Shown here: piece after piece, positions 55,077 through 64,000 of the stretch
How positions within the stretch are numbered: position 1 is the first letter of the stretch
Layout: each line of letters starts with the position of its first letter
NCBI GenBank assembly: GCA_964638835.1
Contig: CAZWZB010000004.1
Location: 65,407 to 129,406 of the forward strand
Direction: 5' to 3'
Length of the DNA: 64,000 bases
Source of the DNA: an uncultured Eubacteriales bacterium
Lineage (GTDB): Bacteria > Bacillota > Clostridia > Lachnospirales > CAZQDT01
Made by a program: the position numbers and the translations under genes
Notes under the pieces: generated by a model
Databases searched by the model: none
What the model was told of the DNA's origin: nothing
What the model saw: only the letters and a program-made list of their open reading frames with translations

Positions 55077-56477
55077 ATGATAGATGTTCAAGAGTTGACA
55101 ATCAAAGAGTTGTATAAACTTATTAACGAGGGAAAATTAACTTCTATAGATTTAGTTGAAATGTATATAGAAAGAATTGTAGTGTATGATAAAAGTGGTC
55201 CAACATTAAATTCTATACTGGAAATAAATCCAGATGTTTATCATATTGCTTATGCATTAGATAACGAAAGAAAAATTAAAGGAGCAAGAAGTATATTACA
55301 TGGTATTCCTATATTAATTAAGGATAATATAAATACCAGTGATAAAATGCATACAAGTGCTGGTTCTTTAGCTTTAGCAGATTTATATGCCCCTGATGAT
55401 GCATTTATAATAAAAAAACTAAGAGAAAAAGGAGCCATTATATTAGGAAAAACTAATATGACGGAATTTGCTAACTTTATGTCTGATAAAATGTCAGATG
55501 GATATAGTTCAAGGGGAGGACAAGTAAAGAATCCATATAATGAAAATATATCTCCATCTGGTTCAAGTTCAGGTTCAGCAGTTGCAATAGCTGCTAATTT
55601 ATGTACTGCTTCTATAGGAACAGAAACAAGTGGCTCTATAATAAGTCCTGCTAGAAATAATTTTATTGTAGGAATAAAACCTACTGTTGGGGTTGTAAGT
55701 AGAGAAGGAATAATACCAATATCCAATAATCAAGATACAGCTGGAGTTATGGGACGCACTTTAGAGGATGCTGTAATACTGTTAGAAGCAATTGCTGGTG
55801 TAGATAAAAATGATTGTGCTACTTTAAAAAGTGAAGATTTAATTTATAATGATTATTTACAATTTATAAATTGTAATATAAAAGGTAAAAAAATAGGGGT
55901 TTGTAAAAACGATAAGTTAAATAAAGAAGAAAAAAATATATTAAATGAAGCTATAGATATATTAAAATCAAATGGAGCAGAAATTATACAAGTTGAATTA
56001 GATTATAAAGTTGATATGTCTGTACTATTTTATGAATTTAAGTCTGGAATTAATTATTATCTTTCAAAAGTAAAAGGTTGTACTGATATTAAAAATTTAG
56101 ACGATATTATTGAATTCAATCGAAAAAACCCAAAATCATGTTTAAAGTATGGTCAAAAATATTTAAAAATTTCTCAAAAGACATCTGGGACATTAACAGA
56201 AATTGAATATACAAAAGCAAAAGTAAATAACGAAAGAATGAAAATGAATACCATAGATTTAGTTATAGAAAAAAATAATTTAGATGCTATAATATCATTA
56301 GACTTACAACAAATACTTGCTACAGCAGGTTATCCTTGTATTACTATTCCAGCAAGTTCAGAAAAACCTATTAGTATTATATTTATGGGGAAAGCTTACA
56401 CAGAACCTACATTAATATCAATAGCATATGTATATGAACAAGCAACTAAAAAAAGAAAACCCCCAATATTACATTAA
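55077..56477 (+). CDS. amidase-signature family enzyme
   Basis: LHGIPILIKDNI, GKTNMTE, PSGSSSGS, GTETSGSI. Confidence 0.92.
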   Translation: MIDVQELTIKELYKLINEGKLTSIDLVEMYIERIVVYDKSGPTLNSILEINPDVYHIAYALDNERKIKGARSILHGIPILIKDNINTSDKMHTSAGSLALADLYAPDDAFIIKKLREKGAIILGKTNMTEFANFMSDKMSDGYSSRGGQVKNPYNENISPSGSSSGSAVAIAANLCTASIGTETSGSIISPARNNFIVGIKPTVGVVSREGIIPISNNQDTAGVMGRTLEDAVILLEAIAGVDKNDCATLKSEDLIYNDYLQFINCNIKGKKIGVCKNDKLNKEEKNILNEAIDILKSNGAEIIQVELDYKVDMSVLFYEFKSGINYYLSKVKGCTDIKNLDDIIEFNRKNPKSCLKYGQKYLKISQKTSGTLTEIEYTKAKVNNERMKMNTIDLVIEKNNLDAIISLDLQQILATAGYPCITIPASSEKPISIIFMGKAYTEPTLISIAYVYEQATKKRKPPILH

Positions 56478-56530
56478 ATATTATAGATAATAAATTTTAA
56501 AACAATTTATTGACTATAGATTTGTATATA

Positions 56531-56559
56531 AAAAAGGCAGATTTCAATGCTGCCTTTTT
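56531..56559. terminator. bidirectional terminator
   Basis: aaaaaggcag...ctgccttttt. Confidence 0.75.
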
Positions 56560-56635
56560 ATTTTATTTATAAATAGTTTTTAAACAACAACATAAGATTG
56601 CCTTTATTTTTAAGTTTTTCTAAGGTTAGAATATC

Positions 56636-57124
56636 TTAACGTACACCTATTATATGAATAAATCTTATTTTACTCCAATTGTATTGTGTAAGAGGATAAT
56701 TATCACGATTATAGGTATGGGCAGCTACAAGGATATTATTTATACTTGGAGGGTTACCTGTTTTAACAACCACTGGTGTATGTTGAAATTGTTCTCCATT
56801 AAATGAAAGTTGAATTATATCACCCGGCATAATATGACTTACGTCTACTTCTTCTCCAAAAGGTCCATCGCCTTTATTCTTCACTAAGAAATTATATAAA
56901 TATTCAACTCCAGTCCATGATGGAGTTCTATTATCTGAACTAATATAATACCAACCATATAAAGGTGTATAATTCATTATTTTACTACCAGCAAAAATTA
57001 CTTGAGAAGCAAAATTTGTACAGTCTCCACCTTCTGTAGTATCAAAGTTTAGATATTTAGGATTTCTTTTAAAAGCCCATTTATGTGCATATCCTACAGC
57101 TCTACTTCTATCATATCTTAACAT
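56636..57124 (-). CDS. putative amidase domain protein (Amidase_6-like)
   Basis: YDR..AV.YA.KWA..RNP, GGDCTNFASQ, GDIIQ, H..V, AAHT; GGAGGT RBS. Confidence 0.85.
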   Translation of the reverse strand: MLRYDRSRAVGYAHKWAFKRNPKYLNFDTTEGGDCTNFASQVIFAGSKIMNYTPLYGWYYISSDNRTPSWTGVEYLYNFLVKNKGDGPFGEEVDVSHIMPGDIIQLSFNGEQFQHTPVVVKTGNPPSINNILVAAHTYNRDNYPLTQYNWSKIRFIHIIGVR

Positions 57125-57190
57125 ATAATTACCTCCTAAATTATAGATATAACTAAATATATTCATATACTTTAGAAAATAAACTTTGTA

Positions 57191-58132
57191 TTAATCTATT
57201 TCTGTTTTTCTTATGTTGTGTCCTAGCATTTTATTATAACCTGCCCAACTTCCCTGTGTAACATCTGCTTCTATTGCTTCTTGATATACTTTTATTTTTG
57301 CATCAGTATTATCTGCACAATGAAGTATAAATGCTTCTACAGTTTTAGGCCTTTTAGGTGAACCATATTCATATTCTCCATGGTGTGATAATATAGAGTG
57401 TTTTATTAAACTTGCTAATTGATTTGGAAAACCATTTATAGTTTTAATTTTTTCTGTTATCATTTCTGTACCTATTATAATATGCCCTAAAAGCTGTCCA
57501 TCATCTGTATAATCATTATTAGGGAAAGGTGATAATTCTTCTATTTTACCTATATCATGTAACATTGCTGTTGCTATTAATATATCTCTATTTGCTTTAT
57601 AAAGATTTCCCATAAAATCACATATTTTAACTACAGATAATGTATGTTCTAATAATCCACCCATATAACTATGATGTATATTTTTAGCTGCTGAATGATT
57701 TACAAAAAGTTTTATAGCATTAGAATCATTAACAAAAAAAGCTTCTAAAAGTTTTTTAATATATATGTTGTTAATTGTTTTTATATAATCTGTAAGTTCA
57801 TTATACATAGCACTAACATCTTTTTCAGTGCATGGAATGTAATTTGCTGGGTCATATTCACCTTCTCTACTTTTTCTTATTTTTTTTATATTTAATTGTG
57901 TTTCACCTTGATATATAAGTACGATACCTTCTATTTTTATAAAATTATTATCTTCAAAACTTTGTATATCATTATTAAAATCCCATACCTTTGCATCTAT
58001 TCCACCTGTTTTATCTTGTAAACGTAATGACATATATGATTTGCCTGCTCTTGATTTCATAATCTGTTTTTGTTTGCAAAAATAATGTCCTATTACATTT
58101 TCACCTTCTTGAAAATCTTTTATATATCTCAC
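57191..58132 (-). CDS. yhaM: 3'-5' exoribonuclease YhaM family (OB fold + HD)
   Basis: LQDKTG.IDAKVW, HHSYMGGLLEH, LHDIGK, ILSHHG. Confidence 0.88.
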   Translation of the reverse strand: MRYIKDFQEGENVIGHYFCKQKQIMKSRAGKSYMSLRLQDKTGGIDAKVWDFNNDIQSFEDNNFIKIEGIVLIYQGETQLNIKKIRKSREGEYDPANYIPCTEKDVSAMYNELTDYIKTINNIYIKKLLEAFFVNDSNAIKLFVNHSAAKNIHHSYMGGLLEHTLSVVKICDFMGNLYKANRDILIATAMLHDIGKIEELSPFPNNDYTDDGQLLGHIIIGTEMITEKIKTINGFPNQLASLIKHSILSHHGEYEYGSPKRPKTVEAFILHCADNTDAKIKVYQEAIEADVTQGSWAGYNKMLGHNIRKTEID

Positions 58133-58364
58133 TTTTATCTCTCCTTAATAATTTAATACTTAGTGAAGCCTCCACTTACATTCGCCAAACTTTTTTTAAG
58201 TTTGGTAAGTATAATTTTTACACCATTATATTTTACTACAAAAATAAAATAAATTCCATAAAATTATAATGAAAAGAAGCGTAATTTTATAAAAGTTTTA
58301 CTTATACTTAGCAAAGTTGATTTTGTAATTTTACAAAATAATAAAGAGCAATTTAATTTGCTCT

Positions 58365-60065
58365 TTATATTGTTAGTGTATTTGAATGAATATGGTGTTT
58401 TGTTTTCTTTTTATTTTCTTTAGCATCTATTACAGATTGTGCGATGTTAGCACAGTGGTCTGTTATTCGCTCAAGATTTGTTAATGCATCTAAAAATGCG
58501 ACTCCTGATTTAGTATTACAAAGATTATTTGTAAGTCTTTGTATATGACCAGCTCTAAGTTCTTCTTCCATAACATCTACTTTTTGTTCCATAGATATTG
58601 CTAATTTAGCAAGCTCTACATCATTTGTTTCTTTTGCTCTAAAAGCAGTATCATAACAATTCCAACAAACTTTAATCATATCTGAAAGCTCATTATATGC
58701 TAAATCTGAAAAGCTTATATTTTCATCTATCATGTATTTTGCTATCTCTGCTATATTTATTGAATGGTCACCTATTCTCTCTAAATCATTTGTTGTATGA
58801 AAATGGGCTGTAATTATATTATTTTCTTCTTCATTTATTGGTGAGTTGCATATTTTAACTAAAAATCCTGTTATAGATTTATCAAGTACATCTATATCAT
58901 CTTCACATTTTTTAACTTGTTCAAATTTCAACATATCTTTTTCTAATAAACAATCTAAAGCTGTTCTAAAATTTTCAGAAACCATACTTCCCATACGTAA
59001 AACTTCTTTATTTGCACTTTGAACTGCCATATTAGGCGTACCTAAAAGTCTATCATCTAAATATACAAGTGCTGAATTATCTTTTTGTTGTTCTTTACTA
59101 GATTGTACAAAAAACTCTGACATTTTTATAAGTAAATTGCTAAATGGATATAGTAACATTGTATTTGCTACATTAAATATTGTATGTGCAAAACTTATTT
59201 CAGTTTGGGATATTAATGTGTTACCTAATTTTTGATTAAAATTAAAAAATATTATTGCTATTATACTAAACAATACACTTCCTATTACATTAAATAGCAA
59301 ATGGATATATGCAGCTCTTTTTGCTACTTTACTAGCACCTACACTTGATAACATAGCTGTAACACAAGTTCCTATATTTTGTCCCATAATAATGTAAACT
59401 GCTGCATTCCATGGAACAAGTCCTGAACCGGCTAATGTTTGTAATATACCTACAGAAGCAGAGCTACTTTGTATAACTGCTGTTACAAATGCTCCTGCTA
59501 ATACTCCAAGTAAAGGATTACCTCCCAAGGTTAAAAATAATTCTTTAAATAAAGGGGAACTTTTAAGAGGTGATACAGCAGAAGACATAGTTGATATACC
59601 AATAAATAACATACCAAATCCAACTATAATTTCACCAAGTTGGCTTGTGGATTTCTTTTTAACAAACATTACCATAAATACACCAACAGCAACTGCAATA
59701 GGGGCTATTTTAGTAGGTGAGAAAACTCCTAACCATTCAACACTTGATACAAGCCAGCCTGTAACTGTAGTACCAATATTAGCTCCCATAATAACAGCAA
59801 CTGCTTGTTGGAGATTAAATAAGCCAGCATTAACAAAACCAACCACCATAACTGTAGTTGCAGAACTACTTTGTATAATTGCTGTTATCAAAGCTCCTAT
59901 TAAAACACCCAATCCTTTTTTACCTGTTATAACTTCTAAGAATTTTTTCATTCGTGTTCCTGCCGACTTTTGAAGTCCTTCTGCCATTATATGCATACCA
60001 TATATAAACAGTCCAAGACCACCAATAAATGAAAGAATGATTTTACCATAGTCTATATCCGACAT
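58365..60065 (-). CDS. Na+/Pi cotransporter with PhoU-like domains
   Basis: QSSSAT..GANIGTT and QSSSAS..GQNIGT repeats; ERIGDH / ERITDH. Confidence 0.92.
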   Translation of the reverse strand: MSDIDYGKIILSFIGGLGLFIYGMHIMAEGLQKSAGTRMKKFLEVITGKKGLGVLIGALITAIIQSSSATTVMVVGFVNAGLFNLQQAVAVIMGANIGTTVTGWLVSSVEWLGVFSPTKIAPIAVAVGVFMVMFVKKKSTSQLGEIIVGFGMLFIGISTMSSAVSPLKSSPLFKELFLTLGGNPLLGVLAGAFVTAVIQSSSASVGILQTLAGSGLVPWNAAVYIIMGQNIGTCVTAMLSSVGASKVAKRAAYIHLLFNVIGSVLFSIIAIIFFNFNQKLGNTLISQTEISFAHTIFNVANTMLLYPFSNLLIKMSEFFVQSSKEQQKDNSALVYLDDRLLGTPNMAVQSANKEVLRMGSMVSENFRTALDCLLEKDMLKFEQVKKCEDDIDVLDKSITGFLVKICNSPINEEENNIITAHFHTTNDLERIGDHSINIAEIAKYMIDENISFSDLAYNELSDMIKVCWNCYDTAFRAKETNDVELAKLAISMEQKVDVMEEELRAGHIQRLTNNLCNTKSGVAFLDALTNLERITDHCANIAQSVIDAKENKKKTKHHIHSNTLTI

Positions 60066-60303
60066 AGTTCTTTATTACGCCCTCTTTCTAAGTTAATTAT
60101 ATATTAATCTGTATTTATACAAAATCATTTCTATTCTAACATGCTTTAATTATTAAAAGCAAGAAGTTTATTTAATTTATTATTAACATTTTTTTTATCT
60201 AATATTAACAATGTTTGTGTAGTATTATTGTATATAATATGATATAATATTAGATTAATTAAGTTGGACAAACTAACAAATAATTTTAATGGAGATGATA
60301 TTA

Positions 60304-61107
60304 ATGTTTATAGCTGATTATCATACACATTGCAATTTTTCTTCAGATAGTGAAACTCCTATGGAAGATATGATAATTAAAGCAATTGAACTTGGTTTAA
60401 AAGAAATAGCTTTAACTGACCATGTAGATTTGGATTATCCTAATTATGAATTAGATTTCTCAATCGACTATAATGATTATAATAAAGTTTTCTATAACTT
60501 AAAAGAAAAATATAAAGATAAAATAAAATTATTACTTGGTATTGAAATAGGTCTTCAACCACATTTAAAACAAAGATTAGTTGATATTTACAATAGTGTA
60601 GATTTTGATTTTGTAATAGCATCTACTCATGTAGTTGATAGACTTGATTTATATAATGGGGATTTTTATAAAAATAAATCTAAAGAAGAAGCATATCAAC
60701 TTTATTTTGAAGATGTTTTAAATAACATACATATTCATAATAATTTTAATGTTTATGGTCATTTAGATTATATAATTCGTTATGGAGATTTTGAAAATAA
60801 AGCATTAGATTATAATGATTATAAAGATATAATAGATGAAATATTAAAAGCTTTGATTGATAAAGGTAAAGGTATAGAAATAAATACATCAGGATATCGT
60901 TATAAACTTAATCAAACTCATCCACAAATAGAAGTTTTAAAAAGATATAAAGAACTTAAAGGAGAAATAATTACTGTTGGTTCTGATGCTCATAAACCAC
61001 AAGATATTGCAGCTTATTTTGATGTAGCATATTCTTTACTCAAACAAGTTGGTTTTAAGTATATAACTTTATTTGAAAAGTGCAATCCTAAGTTTATATC
61101 AATATAG
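60304..61107 (+). CDS. histidinol-phosphatase HisJ/HisK family (PHP)
   Basis: DYHTH, TDH, GIEIG, GHLDY, EINTSG, GSDAH. Confidence 0.85.
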   Translation: MFIADYHTHCNFSSDSETPMEDMIIKAIELGLKEIALTDHVDLDYPNYELDFSIDYNDYNKVFYNLKEKYKDKIKLLLGIEIGLQPHLKQRLVDIYNSVDFDFVIASTHVVDRLDLYNGDFYKNKSKEEAYQLYFEDVLNNIHIHNNFNVYGHLDYIIRYGDFENKALDYNDYKDIIDEILKALIDKGKGIEINTSGYRYKLNQTHPQIEVLKRYKELKGEIITVGSDAHKPQDIAAYFDVAYSLLKQVGFKYITLFEKCNPKFISI

Positions 61108-61137
61108 TTAATAATAAAATTTAAAATTTAATTTCCC

Positions 61138-61162
61138 GGAACACTTTATAAAAAAGTGTTCC
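61138..61162. terminator. hairpin between convergent genes
   Basis: ggaacacttt-ataaa-aaagtgttcc. Confidence 0.55.
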
Positions 61163-61201
61163 AGTGTTTTGAGAAAACTTACTAAATTTAATTAATATAT
61201 A

Positions 61202-62020
61202 TTAAAGATTTAATTTTACAATCGCTATTAATTGTTCAATCTCTTTTATTTTATCAATATTTTCATCAAGTATCTCAATAATTTTCATCAAAAAGTTTAA
61301 TGATATTTTTTCTTTTACAAGTGCTTTAAGAATTATTTTTAATGTTGTAAGATTAATTCTATCTGGAACTACACCATCAATAACAAAAGGATATTCTAAT
61401 CTTAAACCTTCAACCAAAAGTTTAACTAAATGACGATTTACAAATTCATGTAAATTATTATATATACAATTATTAAAATTTTCTAATATTTCATCTGTGA
61501 TATTTTCAGACACTATTTCAAAGGTTTTATCCCATACTTTTTTACCAAATATTTTTATAATACATTGATTTTCATTTAAACTTAATTGATCTTTTATATG
61601 TACTTTTGGTAATAATACACGCTCATTATACAATATATTTTTTCTATATTGAGCAATTTTTTCAATGAAAGCACAACCTGATTGTTCAAATATTTGTACT
61701 AAATTATGACCAAAATAAATACACACATCAGCTTCTTTTAAAGTTTTTATCATATGTAATATATCATTACTTGCTAATTCATCCACTTGTTTATTTTGAT
61801 TTTGAACTATTATATCTTTGTTTAATAAAAAATCAATACTTACACCTAAAATTTTTGAAATATCAATCAATAAATCAATATCTGGTAATGATAAAGCTCT
61901 TTCCCATTTTGATATAGCTTGTGATGATACTCCTAATCTTGTCGCTAATTCTTCTTGTGTAAATCCTTTTTCTTTTCTTAAGTTTGCAATTTTTGTTGCA
62001 GTAATACTTAAGTCAACCAT
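61202..62020 (-). CDS. XRE-family HTH fused to an FlhA-like (FHIPEP) cytoplasmic domain
   Basis: LRKEKGFTQEELA..LGVSSQAISKWE; LPKVHIKDQLSLNENQCIIKIFG; LVEGLRLEYPFVIDGVVPDRINLTTLKIILKALVKEKISL. Confidence 0.75.
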   Translation of the reverse strand: MVDLSITATKIANLRKEKGFTQEELATRLGVSSQAISKWERALSLPDIDLLIDISKILGVSIDFLLNKDIIVQNQNKQVDELASNDILHMIKTLKEADVCIYFGHNLVQIFEQSGCAFIEKIAQYRKNILYNERVLLPKVHIKDQLSLNENQCIIKIFGKKVWDKTFEIVSENITDEILENFNNCIYNNLHEFVNRHLVKLLVEGLRLEYPFVIDGVVPDRINLTTLKIILKALVKEKISLNFLMKIIEILDENIDKIKEIEQLIAIVKLNL

Positions 62021-62094
62021 AAAATCACTCCTATATTTTTAAAATTTATTATTATATTAAAATGATAATTAAAATTATTGATTTTGTAAACATA

Positions 62095-62124
62095 TCAATA
62101 GTTTAACTATAACTAAACTATTGA
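62095..62124. promoter_or_regulatory. candidate operator of the XRE-FHIPEP gene
   Basis: TCAATAGTTTA-N8-TAAACTATTGA perfect inverted repeat about 75 bp upstream of the start. Confidence 0.45.
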
Positions 62125-62137
62125 AACAAGAACTAAT

Positions 62138-62358
62138 AAAAATATGGTAGTGCTAATAAAATAATTGAAAATAAAAGGCAGTAATTATTTATTGTATTGA
62201 TTTATATTAAATAATTTTTCAAATTTTGTTGAGACTTCCTTGGTAAGTCTCAACAAAATTTCAATGCTGTAATCATTTGGAGCATATCATTTTTTAATTA
62301 ACACTCTTAATTTTTTTTTATTATTTTTAATTATTTTATTAGCACTCTCAAAAATATT
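62138..62358. mobile_element. family-B miniature element with a single GTTGAGACTT..AAGTCTCAAC palindrome
   Basis: 26-bp TIR with 1 mismatch (62149-62174 / 62321-62346); internal sequence shared with the 48856 element; palindrome at 62221-62261. Confidence 0.75.
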
Positions 62359-62466
62359 GTATTTTAATAAAGATTACAGTATAATTCGCAATATAGAAAA
62401 TAATTATCTTGTGAATTTGAATGAATAAGTAAAAGATTATTTATATAATCAATAGGAGGTGAGTAT

Positions 62467-62946
62467 ATGAAAAAACAAGATTGGCATTTTTCAATGGATA
62501 ATTATATATGTAATTTTAGAAGTGTTGGTGTATTAATATTAAATAATAAAATTCTTTTGCAGAAAGATAAAAATGGAACAGAATATGCTTTACCAGGTGG
62601 TCATGTAACAATAGGTGAAACTTCAGAGGCAACTCTTATTCGTGAATATAAAGAAGAAACAGGAGGCGATATTATTTGTGAAAGAATACTTTGGATTGAA
62701 GAATGTTTTTGGAAATGTGGAAATAAAGATGCACATACAATATCATTCTATTACCTTATATCTTTAAAAGATATTTCAACAATTCCTGATAATGATGAAT
62801 TTTTTGCACAAAAAGATAATTCTAATATTATGTTGAAATGGGTTTCATTAGATGAATTTAATAAACTAACAATATATCCATCTTTTCTAAGTGAAAAAGT
62901 GAAAAACATATCCTCTCAAATAGAACACTTTATCTATAAAGAATAA
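62467..62946 (+). CDS. NUDIX hydrolase
   Basis: LPGGHVTIGETSEATLIREYKEETG Nudix box. Confidence 0.92.
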   Translation: MKKQDWHFSMDNYICNFRSVGVLILNNKILLQKDKNGTEYALPGGHVTIGETSEATLIREYKEETGGDIICERILWIEECFWKCGNKDAHTISFYYLISLKDISTIPDNDEFFAQKDNSNIMLKWVSLDEFNKLTIYPSFLSEKVKNISSQIEHFIYKE

Positions 62947-63166
62947 ATAAGGACACTATCACCTACAATTATTGTAATGATACTATACATAATTTTTAAT
63001 ATTTAAGCTATATTTTTATATAATTAAAATAAATCAAATTTGTTTATATAAGCCTTATTATCACATAATGTAAAATAAATTTGTTTATATCTATAAATTA
63101 TCACTTGATTATATTGTATATATAGTGGTAAAATTATATCAACTTTTATAACAAGAGGTGAATTGG

Positions 63167-63475
63167 ATGGCGACACAAAAAGTTGTTTTAAAAAATCAAA
63201 TCAAAATAGATAAACCTAAAATGTATGCAGTTGTTATATATAATGATGAGTTAACTACTATGGAATTTGTTATACAAATGCTAATGGAAGTTTTTAATAA
63301 ACCTTTAGCAGAGGCAACCGAATTAATGTTTAAAATACATGAAATTGGTAAAGGTATAGCAGGGGTATATACTTATGATATTGCTATAACAAAGAAATGT
63401 AAAGCTGATATGTTAGCAATAGAAAGTAATTTTCCTTTAAAAATTATGGTAGAGGAGTATACCAAATGCATTTAG
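63167..63475 (+). CDS. clpS: ATP-dependent Clp protease adaptor
   Basis: PKMYAVVIYNDELTTMEFV, IHEIGKG, YDIA.TK, FPL. Confidence 0.92.
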   Translation: MATQKVVLKNQIKIDKPKMYAVVIYNDELTTMEFVIQMLMEVFNKPLAEATELMFKIHEIGKGIAGVYTYDIAITKKCKADMLAIESNFPLKIMVEEYTKCI

Positions 63476-64000
63476 ACATGATAACTAAACAAGTTTATAT
63501 TATCGCAATGAATGAGGCAAAATTGCAAAGACATGAATTTTTTACACCTGAACATATATTACAAGCGATTCTTTTTTTTGATTTAGGTAAAGAGCTTATA
63601 GAAATGGCTAATGGTGATATTGATGCTATAAATGAAGATTTACAAATCTTTTTTGAACAAAATATGAATAGAATAGGGGTTGAATTAAATCCGATAGAAA
63701 CTGTTGGTTTACAAAATTTATTTGACCTTGCTATCCAATATGCATTAAGTGCTAAAAGAAATGAAATAAATATTGGAGATTTATTAGCTACCATGTATTT
63801 ACTTCCAGAATCATTTGCGTGTTATATTATGAAAAAAAATGGTGTTAATAAAGATGCAATAATGAAATATATTTCTAGTTCAGATGTAGAAGCTGATTCT
63901 TCTGAAAGTAATATTAATATAAATGATAATAAGCAATCAAAAGGTAATTCAATAGATAATTATGTAGTTGATTTAACTAAAAAAGCGAAAAAAGGTAAAA
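63466..64000 (+). CDS. clpA: ClpA-type Clp ATPase, N-terminal part (runs off the window)
   Basis: MHLDMITKQVYIIAMNEAKLQRHEFFTPEHIL...YVVDLTKKAKKGK; directly after clpS; AGAGGAG RBS. Confidence 0.85.
   Translation, partial: MHLDMITKQVYIIAMNEAKLQRHEFFTPEHILQAILFFDLGKELIEMANGDIDAINEDLQIFFEQNMNRIGVELNPIETVGLQNLFDLAIQYALSAKRNEINIGDLLATMYLLPESFACYIMKKNGVNKDAIMKYISSSDVEADSSESNININDNKQSKGNSIDNYVVDLTKKAKKGK

Noticed and set aside
58156-58213. gtgaagcctccacttac as an IS200/IS605 end
   Set aside because: There is no partner arm and no tnpA/tnpB nearby; it is too short to support beyond a weak family-C resemblance.
61138-61162. CACTTT..AAAGTG hairpin as a ninth family-A copy
   Set aside because: It lacks the TCGC/GCGA arms, has a 9-bp spacer and no AATCAA flank; its position fits a terminator between convergent genes.
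48865-62347. GAGTGCTAA / TTAGCACTC half-sites resembling CIRCE (HrcA operator)
   Set aside because: CIRCE is TTAGCACTC-N9-GAGTGCTAA. Here the halves are in the opposite order, about 200-280 bp apart and not before chaperone genes; they fit element termini better.
763-63794. Antisense or overlapping ORFs in the track (e.g. 763-984, 4978-5535, 15076-15429, 17733-17918, 45065-45262, 47684-48184, 55250-55726, 63495-63794)
   Set aside because: They shadow well-supported genes or remnants on the opposite strand and lack an RBS and motifs.
63167-64000. clpS-clpA in a Firmicute as a novelty
   Set aside because: This pair is already known in many Clostridia.

Overview
Very AT-rich chromosomal window from a spore-forming, chemotactic Clostridia bacterium (Lachnospirales-like by gene content; inference). 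Housekeeping loci include trmR-U32 peptidase, rnfGEAB, glnS, comM/dprA-topA-codY-aroH, a lysine riboswitch before asd-dapA, feoAB, three MCPs, rpmE-DUF1385-prmC-prfA, argH, yhaM and clpS-clpA. Accessory genes include a BspA LRR protein, an AAA/PD-(D/E)XK protein, amidases and several pseudogenes. I saw no rRNA, tRNA, CRISPR array, transposase or integrase. The most striking unexplained signal is intergenic. Eight copies of a GC-rich palindrome, TCGCACT-N8-AGTGCGA, show compensatory covariation. There are also GTAG-type REP doublets and AGACTT..AAGTC palindromes. Several of these sit inside the same AT-rich terminal inverted repeat (AGTGCTAATAAAATAATT...AATTATTT(T)ATTAGCACT), which suggests a modular miniature-element system, often at synteny breakpoints. 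Protein-level oddities are an rnfGEAB operon without rnfC/rnfD, an XRE-HTH fused to an FlhA-like (FHIPEP) domain, a biotin ligase with a natural R118G-like loop, a GlnRS with HIGS instead of HIGH, and a CodY with a degenerate GAF domain. All calls come from reading the sequence by eye; no database searches were run.
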